Part shown: one piece after another, positions 8,846-18,950 of the stretch
How the letters are laid out: each line of letters opens with the position of its first letter
How positions within the stretch are numbered: the stretch's first letter is position 1
Assembly (NCBI GenBank): GCA_963727805.1
Contig: CAVSHF010000003.1
Span: 1,760,001-1,824,000, forward strand
Direction: 5' to 3'
DNA: 64,000 nucleotides
Source of the DNA: an uncultured Nitrospiraceae bacterium
GTDB lineage: Bacteria > Nitrospirota > Thermodesulfovibrionia > Thermodesulfovibrionales > Dissulfurispiraceae
Position numbers and translations under genes: made by a program
Notes under the pieces: generated by a model
Seen by the model: only the letters and a program-made list of their open reading frames with translations
Databases searched by the model: none
What the model was told of the DNA's origin: nothing

Positions 8846-11473
8846 ATGGATATCATCACTTCTCACATCAACGCCGACTTTGATTCGCTCGCCTGTGCGA
8901 TTGCAGCCCAAAAGCTCTATCCCGAGGCGACGATTGTATTTCCGGGCTCAATGGAAAAGCGGGTAAGGGATTTTATAGAAATATTCAAGCCCGCCGACAT
9001 CAAGAGAGTAAAGGACATCCCTCTGAATGAGATAACAAGGCTCATCATCGTCGACACCAAGCACCCCGACCGGATAGGCACACTCAAGGAACTCCTTTCG
9101 AGGCCCGACATCACCGTACACATTTACGACCACCATTCCGTAACCCGCGATGATATAAAGGGGGCGGTCGAGATTCTGGATACTGTCGGGGCCGCCTCAA
9201 CCATTTTTACCGAGATTATACACAAGAAAAAGCTGCCAATCACGCCAATGGAGGCGACACTTCTGTGCCTTGGAATATACGAAGAAACGGGGTCACTCAT
9301 CTTCACCTCGACAACGCCGAGGGACCTCGAGGCGGTTGCATTCCTTCTAAAACGCGGTGCCAATCTAAATATCGTCTCCGATTTCCTTAAGGAGGAGATG
9401 AGCAGGGAAGCGGTTGCGCTCCTCAATGAACTCGTGCAATCGCTGAAAGAGGTCGTCATCCACGGCGTTCGTATACGCATCGGCAGGGGTACGATGGAAG
9501 GCTTCAGCGACGTTTCATACCTCGCCCACAAGATAATGGACATGGAAGACCTTGAAATGGACGCCCTGATGATTATGATCGGGATGGCTGACAAAATATT
9601 GATCGTTGCGCGGAGCAAGGTGCCCGAACTGAACGTCGCTCAGGCGCTCGCCGATTTCGGCGGAGGTGGCCATGCAACCGCCGCCTCGGCGACGATCAAG
9701 GACCTGCCCTTCGAGATCGCCGAAGAGAGGATCATCGAATCCCTCAACAAGAATATCCGGCCTATGAAGCTTGCTGTGGACGTCATGACATCGCCGGTTG
9801 TAGTTATCAAAGGAGATAGCAGGGTGAAAGAAGCCGAGGGGATGATGACCCGATACGGGGTCAACGTCCTGCCCGTTCTGAAGGATGATGTGTACAAAGG
9901 TATCATCACGAGGGAGGTTGTGGAGAAGGCCCTTTTCCACGGTTTCGGGAACAGCAGGTGCATTGACTTCGCAACAACCGATGCTATCACCGTGACGCCC
10001 GGGACATTCCTTTCAGAGATCGAGAAGACGATGATCGAGCACAACCAGAGATTTGTAGCGGTTATGGAGGACAAGAAGATCATAGGCGCCATTACAAGGA
10101 CCGATATCCTGAGATCACTCTATGAGGACGTGCTCAGAAAAAGTAGGATTTCGCTCGAGCAAGCCGTGCCCGGCGAAGGCTTTCATGGATTTGGGAGGAA
10201 TGTGGCGTCACTACTTAGGGACACTCTTCCCGATAACCTTTACGACTTTCTGGTTATGGCGGGCGACGTCGCGGATGACCTCAGTTACGGGGCTTACCTC
10301 GTCGGCGGTTGTGTGAGGGACATCATGAGAAGGGAGGCAAATCTTGATATCGACCTCGTTATTGAAGGAGATGGAATCGCTTTTGCAAAAAAGCTGGGAG
10401 ATAAGCTCGGCGCAAAAGTAACGATCCACGAGATGTTCGGCACAGCGGTCGTAAAAAAGGATGCCTTTAAACTAGATGTCGCTACGGCACGGACTGAGTA
10501 TTACGAATCACCCGCGGCACTCCCTAAGGTGGAAACCTCATCACTGAAACGGGACCTCTACCGCAGGGACTTCACCATCAATACCCTCGCGATTAAGCTT
10601 AATAAAAAGGACTTTGGGTATCTCATCGATTTTTTTGGCGGTCAGCGGGACCTTAAAGATAGGATCATAAGGGTGCTCCACAACCTGAGCTTCGTTGAAG
10701 ACCCCACGAGGGCATTCAGAGCAATACGGTTTTCAGAGCGTTTTGGCTTTAAGCTGACAAAGCACACGGAGAACCTTATTAAGCTTGCGGTCAAAATGAA
10801 CATCTTTGACAAGCTTGCAGGGACAAGGCTCTATGATGAACTGGCTCTAATCTTCGATGAAACTGACCCCCTCAAATCGCTGGAGAGTCTCGGAGAGTAC
10901 GACCTCCTCAAGGTGATCCATCCAAAACTCGCATTCACAACAGAACTCGAAGCTATTATGAAATCTGTCCACAACACGATCTCGTGGTTCGATCTCCTGT
11001 TTCTCGAAGAGAGATATGATAAGGGACTGCTGTACATCATGGCCCTCCTGAATGGCCTCAACAGGGACGAGCGAGAAGCGGCTCTGAACCGGCTTTCAGT
11101 TGCCGAAAGGACAAGAAGCCTCATTCAGCAGGGATTTCAGTCTGCGGCCAAGATATCGAGGAACCTCATACCGGGTAATCCGGTCATGACATACCATCTA
11201 CTCGCTGAATGCGATATCGAGGCCATGCTGTTCAGCATGGCACACCTGCAGGATAGTGAAAAGAAGAAAGCGATATCCCATTTCCTACGCGAACTGAGAA
11301 CGGTAAAACCACTCATCAAGGGTGCGGATCTCAAGGCCCTCGGAATCCCGCCGGGGCCGCTTTACTCAAAGATATTAGCGGATGTGCTGAACGAAAAACT
11401 TATAAAGAAATTACCCACGAAAGAGGATGAGATCGATTTCGTTAAAACAAAATTGGCTGAATTTTTACAGTAA
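8846..11473 (+). CDS. DHH/DHHA1-CBS-tRNA nucleotidyltransferase (probable A-adding enzyme)
   Basis: 'HINADFD', 'YDHH', 'GGGGH', CBS pair, 'VGGCVRD', 'DIDLV', 'RRDFTIN', 'EDPTRAFRAIRF'. Confidence 0.9.
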   Translation: MDIITSHINADFDSLACAIAAQKLYPEATIVFPGSMEKRVRDFIEIFKPADIKRVKDIPLNEITRLIIVDTKHPDRIGTLKELLSRPDITVHIYDHHSVTRDDIKGAVEILDTVGAASTIFTEIIHKKKLPITPMEATLLCLGIYEETGSLIFTSTTPRDLEAVAFLLKRGANLNIVSDFLKEEMSREAVALLNELVQSLKEVVIHGVRIRIGRGTMEGFSDVSYLAHKIMDMEDLEMDALMIMIGMADKILIVARSKVPELNVAQALADFGGGGHATAASATIKDLPFEIAEERIIESLNKNIRPMKLAVDVMTSPVVVIKGDSRVKEAEGMMTRYGVNVLPVLKDDVYKGIITREVVEKALFHGFGNSRCIDFATTDAITVTPGTFLSEIEKTMIEHNQRFVAVMEDKKIIGAITRTDILRSLYEDVLRKSRISLEQAVPGEGFHGFGRNVASLLRDTLPDNLYDFLVMAGDVADDLSYGAYLVGGCVRDIMRREANLDIDLVIEGDGIAFAKKLGDKLGAKVTIHEMFGTAVVKKDAFKLDVATARTEYYESPAALPKVETSSLKRDLYRRDFTINTLAIKLNKKDFGYLIDFFGGQRDLKDRIIRVLHNLSFVEDPTRAFRAIRFSERFGFKLTKHTENLIKLAVKMNIFDKLAGTRLYDELALIFDETDPLKSLESLGEYDLLKVIHPKLAFTTELEAIMKSVHNTISWFDLLFLEERYDKGLLYIMALLNGLNRDEREAALNRLSVAERTRSLIQQGFQSAAKISRNLIPGNPVMTYHLLAECDIEAMLFSMAHLQDSEKKKAISHFLRELRTVKPLIKGADLKALGIPPGPLYSKILADVLNEKLIKKLPTKEDEIDFVKTKLAEFLQ

Positions 11474-11922
11474 GCGCCATAGTATAGCAGGAGAAAAACT
11501 ATACAGGTTTATTTACAAGATTGAATGCAGCGTGATTTCTATAAGTCAGATAATTATAGCAAAAGTTGACGGCTACGGGATCAAGATGTAAGTGGCTATA
11601 CATTGGACTCGGGCTGTAAGGGAATAAGGGAATGGGGTCAACCTTTTGATATCATTTTTACGACTCTCTCCTCTCAAGCAAACAACGGTAACTGCAGAAA
11701 TCTATCACATATTTTCTACGCATATTTAAGAAAGTTAAGGGGAACAGATTTTAACCAGATTATTTCGGAAATACGCGAAGTCGGCAACATCGCGCAAGTA
11801 CGGACAAGTATGCATTACCGAGTTTTTTCAAAGCAGTTTATCGATTTTTCCCCAGTCACCCGTTGACAGGTAAATCTTTACTTATGTCCTTCGGCAACTA
11901 GCCGTTGTTTCTTTAACGAAAC

Positions 11923-14277
11923 CTAATCCTGCACAGAGTCAAACATTCTCGATCCAACCGGTTTTTTAGAGTCCCCGAGCACCTTTGAATCTGACTGATG
12001 GGGAGAAATCTGCCTTAAAAGTGAACCCCGGCCTGTATAATCGGTCGGATTAGAGCCTTCCTTGAAATACTCATCGAAAGTTGAAGAACCCTCCGCAAAG
12101 GAATCTGCAAGAAGTCCCGTCGATGCATCAATACGGACTTTGACAACACCCTGCGGCATGCCGAAATCGGGCGCAGGCTCACTGGTTAGGACATTTCTCA
12201 TGAAACGCTGCCAGATAGGGGCGGCTGCCCTTCCACCGACCTCGCCGCGCCCAAGAGAGCGCCGCATATCGTCAAATCCTACCCATACGCCAGCCGCAAG
12301 CTCCGGTGTGTATCCCACAAACCAGGCATCTTTATAATCGTTGCTCGTACCCGTTTTCCCAGCAGCTGGCCTTCCGATATTCGCTCTCATGCCTGTTCCA
12401 TATCTGATGACATCCTCCATCATGGAGGTGATCAGGAATGAGCCTGCAGGAGTGAGTACTGGAGTACCTTCAGGCTGGTTGCTCTCGAGGATTGCTCCCC
12501 TCGCATCAGTGACATATTTAATCGAAATGGGCCTCATCTTCGTGCCAGCGTTTGCAAAGGCTGCAAAAGCAGAAGTGAGCTCAAGTGGTGTTACACTTGT
12601 TGATCCAAGAGCGATCGTAAGGTTTCGAGGCATCGTTCCTTGGATGCCTAGGTTCCTGGCGAGTTCTATAACTCGGTCGACTCCAATAGCCTCGACGAGC
12701 TTGATGGTGACGATATTTCTTGAATAGGCAAGGGCCTCCCTCAGCCGCGTCGGCCCCATATATTTGCGATCGTAGTTTTCAGGCTTCCAGTCCCCGGCAG
12801 CTCCTCCAGGATAAGTTACCGGTTCGTCAACCACGATGCTTGCAGGCGTATAGCCATGCTCAAGCGCGGCCGCGTATATGATCGGCTTTAATGAAGAGCC
12901 TGGTTGCCGCTGGGCCAGTACAGCCCTGTTGAACTCGCTCCTGGTAAAGCTGAATCCGCCGACAAGGGCGCGTATATAGCCTGTAGAAGGGTCAACCGCG
13001 ACGACGGCACCTTCGACCTCAGGCTCCTGTTCAAGGCTGAACGTTATATTCTTACCCGAGATGGTCTTGAATCTCATAAGTGCGATATCGCCTTTTTTCA
13101 AGATATCGGTGAGCTTGAAACTTTTTATGGCCCGCGGTTTACCAGATGATTTATCGATAATATTTGCGGCCCAGAGCGCATCGTTCAGCAGCAACTTACC
13201 GGTAATGCCCCGGCTCTTAACAACTGCCTCCTTTGGATTGATTGACATCACAACACCCGTTGAAATGTCTCCTACGGATGCAGCAAACGATACGATCTTC
13301 TCATCATTTTTATCCTTTATGTCTTTGTGCCCAATGGGGCCACGCCATCCCCTTCTCTTATCAACGTCCCTCAATCCGTCCTGAAGTGCGTTCTGTGCCT
13401 GGACCTGAGCGTTCTTGTCGACAGTTGTATGAACTCTCAAATTGCCTTTGTAGACCATGTCTTCGCCATACTTTGCAACAAGATTCTGCTTTACATAATC
13501 GATAAAATAATTATACGTCTCGGCGGTTGTCCTCATATGAGAAAGCGCAAGGGGCTCTCTTTTCGCCGCCTCAGCCGCAGCCGGCCTCAAATATCCTTCC
13601 TCCACCATTCTCGAAAGCACAACGGCCTGCCGCTCCTTGGCCTTGACAAGGTCGTTAAAAGGCGAATAGGTGGTTGGCCCTTTTGTCAGACCGGCGATCA
13701 TTGCCGCCTCGGCGACACTTATTTGCCTTACCGACTTCCCGAAGTAGGTTTTCGATGCCATTTCGACTCCATACGCGCCATGTCCGAAATAGACCCGGTT
13801 CAGATAAAGCTCGAGGATCTCGTTTTTTGTAAGTTCCTTTTCGATCTGGAGGGCGAGCTGGGCCTCCTTTATCTTACGGGCAAGGGTCTTTTCAGATGAG
13901 AGGAAGACGACCTTTGCGAGTTGCTGGGTGATAGTGCTGCCGCCCTCCCTCAGACTGAGATGAAGCATGTCCTTGACGAGTGCCCTGCCGATGCCAATGT
14001 AATCAATACCGCTGTGTTTCCAGAAGCGGGAGTCCTCGACGGCAACGACGGCGTTCTTCAGGCTATCGGGCATCTGGTTCAATGGAACATAGGTGCCCTT
14101 TTGGAGCTTGATCTCTCCGATCAGCGTATCGTCGTCAGCATAAATCTTTGTTCCCACAGAGGAATCCTGCTTTTTAAGCTCCTCGATGGAAGGAATTCCC
14201 GAAGCAAGGGCAAAATAGGCACCGACGAGCGAGCCGAGGAGAAGGACCGCCGCGATGAGGATAACTTTCGAACGCAT
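11923..14277 (-). CDS. mrcA: Penicillin-binding protein 1A (transglycosylase/transpeptidase)
   Basis: 'EDSRFWKHSG', 'GGSTITQQL', SxxK 'SSLK', SxN 'SRN', 'KTGT'. Confidence 0.93.
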   Translation of the reverse strand: MRSKVILIAAVLLLGSLVGAYFALASGIPSIEELKKQDSSVGTKIYADDDTLIGEIKLQKGTYVPLNQMPDSLKNAVVAVEDSRFWKHSGIDYIGIGRALVKDMLHLSLREGGSTITQQLAKVVFLSSEKTLARKIKEAQLALQIEKELTKNEILELYLNRVYFGHGAYGVEMASKTYFGKSVRQISVAEAAMIAGLTKGPTTYSPFNDLVKAKERQAVVLSRMVEEGYLRPAAAEAAKREPLALSHMRTTAETYNYFIDYVKQNLVAKYGEDMVYKGNLRVHTTVDKNAQVQAQNALQDGLRDVDKRRGWRGPIGHKDIKDKNDEKIVSFAASVGDISTGVVMSINPKEAVVKSRGITGKLLLNDALWAANIIDKSSGKPRAIKSFKLTDILKKGDIALMRFKTISGKNITFSLEQEPEVEGAVVAVDPSTGYIRALVGGFSFTRSEFNRAVLAQRQPGSSLKPIIYAAALEHGYTPASIVVDEPVTYPGGAAGDWKPENYDRKYMGPTRLREALAYSRNIVTIKLVEAIGVDRVIELARNLGIQGTMPRNLTIALGSTSVTPLELTSAFAAFANAGTKMRPISIKYVTDARGAILESNQPEGTPVLTPAGSFLITSMMEDVIRYGTGMRANIGRPAAGKTGTSNDYKDAWFVGYTPELAAGVWVGFDDMRRSLGRGEVGGRAAAPIWQRFMRNVLTSEPAPDFGMPQGVVKVRIDASTGLLADSFAEGSSTFDEYFKEGSNPTDYTGRGSLLRQISPHQSDSKVLGDSKKPVGSRMFDSVQD

Positions 14278-14362
14278 ATATTATTATAAACAGGACAATT
14301 CTAAATTTACAACGACGATAGGTAGTGGCAAGGAGCTAGAAATATGATTTAACCTAAGCAAT

Positions 14363-14512
14363 TATATACCCAAAGGCTCATGGACTCTTGAATACACCAT
14401 TAGGCTGAACAACGAAGGCACCTTTATCCTTCCTGAAACAACAGTTGAGGCGCTCTATGCACCCGAGATGTTCGGCGTCATTCCAAACGGGAGGATTGAA
14501 ATCAAAAGATAG
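14363..14512 (+). pseudogene. Relic: extreme C-terminus of a bacterial alpha-2-macroglobulin gene
   Basis: YIPKGSWTLEYTIRLNNEGTFILPETTVEALYAPEMFGVIPNGRIEIKR*; no start codon, in-frame stop at 14345. Confidence 0.75.
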
Positions 14513-14577
14513 AATAGTGCAGTAACGCGCAGGCACGGCGGCTTCGCACTGCGGGCCGCCGTCATCAAACCGGCCGG

Positions 14578-14763
14578 TTATTCCGTGACGATCCCTTCAG
14601 GGACTGACTCTTCGGGTAGCGTACCTTCAGCGACGGTACTTTCAGTTCCCTGATGTGTGGCTGTATCCTTTTTTAGACGTTTCTGTCTTTTCTCTTCCTG
14701 CTTTTTTAGACGCATCACTTCTTTTTTCCTCTTCTCGCTTTTAAATGCACCTTGTCTTGCCAA
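14578..14763 (-). CDS. Small hypothetical protein with basic N-terminus and acidic tail
   Basis: 61 aa; strong GAGGAGG RBS before the TTG start. Confidence 0.65.
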   Translation of the reverse strand: MARQGAFKSEKRKKEVMRLKKQEEKRQKRLKKDTATHQGTESTVAEGTLPEESVPEGIVTE

Positions 14764-15002
14764 GCGATCCTCCTCATATTGATATTTCTTAAATTATATC
14801 ATGTGATTATATCACGGACGATATGGTGACTGCGAATTTCACCCTGTTGTCCTCCTCACTGCGTTGTCCAAAGTCGTCTTCGTCATGCATTATGGCCGTA
14901 TAATAAACACCACTCTAAAAAAGGAGCAATTGCTTTTTTACTCTCTATAATGTCATAATTATACTCGAAATGTTGTAATGTTTTAGTGTGCGAGGAGATA
15001 TG

Positions 15003-15036
15003 ACCACAAAGGATAAATACTTTGTGGCTTTTTTTT
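15003..15036 (+). terminator. Intrinsic terminator-like hairpin upstream of ORF 15083
   Basis: CCACAAAG-gataaata-CTTTGTGG followed by C and a T8 run. Confidence 0.6.
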
Positions 15037-15082
15037 AGCGATGTTGGACTTTCTTACGCCGTAGCCTTCAGATGAGGAGCGC

Positions 15083-15478
15083 ATGGTAAACAGACATAAG
15101 TACGCCGCAAAAATGGATCAGAAAAAACAGAACAGGCTCATTGCTGGTGTGGTCCAGGATCGTTTCCCTGAAGTTTCCGGCATTGTCATTAATATGACCT
15201 ATTATCAGCAGGGAGCAAATCCCATCCTAATGGAACGCACGGTCAATATCTTTCCGTCTTCCGATGCTTATTTCAAGATGGATTGTATGATAAAAGGCTG
15301 CGATGGCGGCGGATTTGACCTTACCCCTGTTATTGACGGCATGGCAAAAACACGCAAGCATGTCAAAAAAGGAGCACTCGTTTGCAATGGGAATACCGAT
15401 GTAGCTTCTGACCATGCAAGTGTCGATTATGAAATTGTAATTCAGTATAAAAAGCGTCTCGATAAGCGCTCTCTATAA
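15083..15478 (+). CDS. Hypothetical protein with Cys motif (C-x4-C...C)
   Basis: 131 aa; GAGGAG RBS; 'DCMIKGCDGGGFDL...LVC'. Confidence 0.75.
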   Translation: MVNRHKYAAKMDQKKQNRLIAGVVQDRFPEVSGIVINMTYYQQGANPILMERTVNIFPSSDAYFKMDCMIKGCDGGGFDLTPVIDGMAKTRKHVKKGALVCNGNTDVASDHASVDYEIVIQYKKRLDKRSL

Positions 15479-15598
15479 CCAGTCCTCGCTACCGTATTTT
15501 GAGTGTTTTTTCCAGTTACACGGTTCAAAGTCCTCACTCAACCAGCACTATCAACACATCACACTCGTCCGCACTTCGTCCTTCGGACGTGTCCTATT

Positions 15599-17137
15599 TT
15601 ATTCCAGTACAAAAAAGGGTGCATGGTTTGAGGTAAAGAACGGAGGTGTTTTTTTCAGAATCGCGGATACGGCAGGGTGCCGCTTGAATTCACTATTGAG
15701 AAACTGCCTCACATGTTTTCGGTCCCATCCCTCAGGATGAGAGAAATCGGTATAAAGAGAGAGGTCTCCTTCGTAAAAATTGCTGATCTTGAGCATCTGT
15801 GCTTCGGGCACGCCGACAGGCATATTGAAAAGAGCAAGATTGAGAAAGTCGATTTCACCACAATGGCTTACAACAAATTCGAGGGTCTTGCGTGCTCCCG
15901 CGAGTGTCTCCTCAGGAGTACCAAAAAGCAGATAGACGCAGGCAGCTATACCCGCCCGCTTGAGGGTGTTAAGCGCCCGAGATGCTGTTTCGAGATCGAT
16001 CCCTTTCTGCATCCTGTCAAGCACGGCCTGATCTCCCGATTCTATGCCAAGCTTGAGCATCGCACATCCTGAGTGTTTCAGCGCCGTGCAGAAGTCGATG
16101 TCCGTCAACTCCCTTTCGAGTCTTACAAATCCGAACCATGGAGCACCTGGGGGATTATCTATCAGTGAATTCAGGAACGCAAGGCTGATCGAGTTATCCA
16201 GAAAATGGATCAGCGACGGCCGCATGCTCTTCACGAGGGAGGACAGGTCGTTCATTGCCTGCTTACCGCTAACCGGCACCCAGGCACTGCCTTCAGCCTT
16301 TTCGGGACAGAATGAGCATTTTTTCCAAATGCAGCCGCTCGACCCGCTATAGGGCAGTATCACACCCGGAGACAGATACTCGCTAAGAGGGAGGGAGTCA
16401 TAATTCGGCGTATAGTCTTTCTCCGGTTTTTCATGCATGCCCGCCAGCTCAAGCAATGCAGCCTCCCCCGGCCCTTCAACGAAGTGATCGACCAGCCCGG
16501 AAAATGGATGGTCAACGGGATTGTCCCGACCTGGTCGCCTTAACCATGAAGTGACCAGCCCACCTCCGCAAATCAGGACTAATCCCGGATACTCCCGTCG
16601 CAGAAATCCGAGCATTGCAAAGGTACATAATGCCTGGCTCAAATATGTCAGCGAGAACCCGACAATTGATGGCTCCTCTCGTTTCATAAGCTCAATCAAG
16701 CGCCGCTTGAAGTATGGGTAGAATGGATTGAGCTCGTAATGCTTCGCAGCGTGGATAAGGTCAGCGCTCCTTAATGGTGAGAGCTCATTATGCTGATAAT
16801 TCGCAAGACTCACCGTCTCGCTCCTTCCCATAACGGATGATTCAAAGACCCTGTTTACGTCCATGACTGTCCGCCTGTAACGATCAATTGAGCGATAGGT
16901 TTCCCGGTCTCTTAACGCGTCAAGATTTCGCAGGAAATTCCTTGTAGCCCTACCAGTCCAGGTGTCATGAACGCCGTTGGTATTGACCCTAGCGGAATCC
17001 ATGAGAAACAGAACCCCTTCGAGATTCGCATCGATGATTGTGTTCTTTATCCCGTGATATTTTAGAGCACCCGAAAGCTTTGCAATACCGGCAGGCGGCT
17101 CACATGGTTTGGCAACAGGAGGATAGATGAGGATCAC
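15599..17137 (-). CDS. Radical SAM protein, probable B12-binding-domain type
   Basis: CxxxCxxC 'CIWKKCSFC'; 'LGIESGDQAVLDRMQKG'; N-terminal 'LIYPP'. Confidence 0.88.
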   Translation of the reverse strand: MILIYPPVAKPCEPPAGIAKLSGALKYHGIKNTIIDANLEGVLFLMDSARVNTNGVHDTWTGRATRNFLRNLDALRDRETYRSIDRYRRTVMDVNRVFESSVMGRSETVSLANYQHNELSPLRSADLIHAAKHYELNPFYPYFKRRLIELMKREEPSIVGFSLTYLSQALCTFAMLGFLRREYPGLVLICGGGLVTSWLRRPGRDNPVDHPFSGLVDHFVEGPGEAALLELAGMHEKPEKDYTPNYDSLPLSEYLSPGVILPYSGSSGCIWKKCSFCPEKAEGSAWVPVSGKQAMNDLSSLVKSMRPSLIHFLDNSISLAFLNSLIDNPPGAPWFGFVRLERELTDIDFCTALKHSGCAMLKLGIESGDQAVLDRMQKGIDLETASRALNTLKRAGIAACVYLLFGTPEETLAGARKTLEFVVSHCGEIDFLNLALFNMPVGVPEAQMLKISNFYEGDLSLYTDFSHPEGWDRKHVRQFLNSEFKRHPAVSAILKKTPPFFTSNHAPFFVLE

Positions 17138-17294
17138 AATCCAGCCAATGTGTATCTGTCAGGAATAATAGCGAGAGGGGGAATAAATGTCATTTATTAT
17201 TTAAACATAACAGAAGGGATAGTTCCAGCCTCACACAATAGCCGCGCCATACCCGCACCGCTTATAGCCGAGGTGAATATTATATAATAATGTT

Positions 17295-17810
17295 ATGACT
17301 CACCCACCATCCAATATTGTATTAATTGGTATGCCCGGCTCCGGCAAGAGTACGGTCGGAGTCATCATGGCGAAATTGGCGTCGCTGAATTTCATCGACA
17401 CAGACATCCTCATCCAAAGAGTCGCGGGAAAGCCACTTCAAGAGATTGTTGATACTGACGGATACCTGGCTTTACGAAAAATAGAAGAGGATGTCCTTCT
17501 AAAACTTTACTGCCGTGACCATGTGATCGCGACAGGTGGCAGCGCTGTATACAGCCCGGCGGCGATGGAGCATTTGCGAGCGGATGGACTTATCGTCTTC
17601 CTGGATGTTGAGATTGCAACGTTGCTGTCACGCATCCGCGACTATGAAACAAGGGGATTGGCAAAGCGCCCTGACCAGACCCTCGAAGAATTATTCTGCG
17701 AGCGTTTGATTCTGTACCGCAAGTATGCCGACGTGACGATTAGTTGTGCGGGACTAACACAGGATGAAGTCTCTGCAACAATCATCAAAGAATTACTAAG
17801 GAGGCCATAA
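17295..17810 (+). CDS. aroK: Shikimate kinase; last 4 codons and stop come from the IS630 end
   Basis: Walker A 'GMPGSGKST', 'FIDTD', 'VIATGGS'. Confidence 0.9.
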   Translation: MTHPPSNIVLIGMPGSGKSTVGVIMAKLASLNFIDTDILIQRVAGKPLQEIVDTDGYLALRKIEEDVLLKLYCRDHVIATGGSAVYSPAAMEHLRADGLIVFLDVEIATLLSRIRDYETRGLAKRPDQTLEELFCERLILYRKYADVTISCAGLTQDEVSATIIKELLRRP

Positions 17811-18890
17811 GTAAAGCCCCGTTTAAGCTGCATATCGAACATTCGGCTCCTTAAAGAATGCACAGACTTTCTCTGGATTCCGTTGCAGAAGCCGGAGGTG
17901 GCCGCGAACTTTCATCCCGAGATCATCTGGGCCTTTCACCGAAGAACGACTCACTCTCCGCTTAACACTATTCCATACCAGCTCATCAGGGTTGAGTTCC
18001 GGTGAGTACGGTGGCAAAAAGAACAGCTGCAATTTCCCCTTTAGTGTCTCCACAAACTTCTTAACCATTGATGATCTGTGCACCGGATGACTGTCCAGAA
18101 TCAGAAATACGCTATTATCAACATTGTGCATCAGACGCTTGAGAAACTCACAGAATACCGTTGCGTTTATCTTTCCCGTATGAGTCATGAACCGTATTTT
18201 GCCTTTCGCTGTAATGGCGGACAGCATATTCATTGAAAAACGGGCTCCTGTCGTTGCAATGATCGGGGTATCTCCGCGTAATCCCCACGTTGTGCCACGG
18301 TGGTAATCAGACCGCATCCCTGCCTCGTCTCCGAAATATATTTCTGCCTTAATCTTCTTTGCCTTTGCCCTGATCTTCGGATAATCCTGCTCAACCCATT
18401 GTTGCACAAGAACCCCGTCTTGCTGAAAAGCCCTCATCAAAGGCTTCTGACAGCTTAACCCCAGTTTCTTCAAGAGTCTCCCGACAGAGGTGATACTTAG
18501 CTTGATCCTGTATTTTCTCTTAATCAACTCTTTGACCATTTCCCGCGTCCACAAGGCATAAGGAAACTGCAATTGCAGAGGGTTCTTTGTCGTAACAGTC
18601 CTGAATATCCAGCGCAGTTGACTTCCCGTTAGCGTTAACGGTCTCCCCGAAAGAACCCTCGCCCTCAGCGCCTCTACGCCACCTTCTCGATATTTCGCTA
18701 TCCATTTGTAGATGCAGCGTCGGTTCATCCCCAAGGCCCTAATTACCACCTCAGGGCTCTCCCCTGCCTCAACCTGTTTGACTGCCCTAATTCGAATCGC
18801 CTCTAAAACCTCATGTCTGAGTTTCCTGCCATCAGTGGTATTCATGCATACTAGTATACCATAATGAGGCCTTACTTATGCACTACTTAG
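17796..18890 (-). mobile_element. IS630-family insertion sequence, 1095 bp, with TA target duplication
   Basis: Imperfect TIRs CTAAGGAGGCCATAAGTAAAGCCCC and CTAAGTAGTGCATAAGTAAGGCCTC (20/25 match), flanked by TA at 17794-17795 and 18891-18892. Confidence 0.9.
17823..18845 (-). CDS. IS630-family DDE transposase (intact single ORF)
   Basis: N-terminal HTH; 'FGDEAG', 'ILDSHPVH', 'LPPYSPELNPDELVW'. Confidence 0.95.
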   Translation of the reverse strand: MNTTDGRKLRHEVLEAIRIRAVKQVEAGESPEVVIRALGMNRRCIYKWIAKYREGGVEALRARVLSGRPLTLTGSQLRWIFRTVTTKNPLQLQFPYALWTREMVKELIKRKYRIKLSITSVGRLLKKLGLSCQKPLMRAFQQDGVLVQQWVEQDYPKIRAKAKKIKAEIYFGDEAGMRSDYHRGTTWGLRGDTPIIATTGARFSMNMLSAITAKGKIRFMTHTGKINATVFCEFLKRLMHNVDNSVFLILDSHPVHRSSMVKKFVETLKGKLQLFFLPPYSPELNPDELVWNSVKRRVSRSSVKGPDDLGMKVRGHLRLLQRNPEKVCAFFKEPNVRYAA

Positions 18891-18915
18891 TAAGTGCGCG
18901 AAAACACACTTCGCC

Positions 18916-18943
18916 TTGAACTCAGTGATATCTTTGCTATACT
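18916..18943 (+). promoter_or_regulatory. Putative extended -10 promoter of msrB
   Basis: TTGAAC-16 nt-TATACT with TG at -15/-14; ATG lies 7 nt after the -10 box. Confidence 0.5.
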
Positions 18944-18950
18944 TAAAAGT

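Noticed and set aside
18894..18950. Longer N-terminus of msrB from GTG 18894
   Set aside because: This stretch is the displaced aroK tail plus a promoter; the signal peptide starts at ATG 18951
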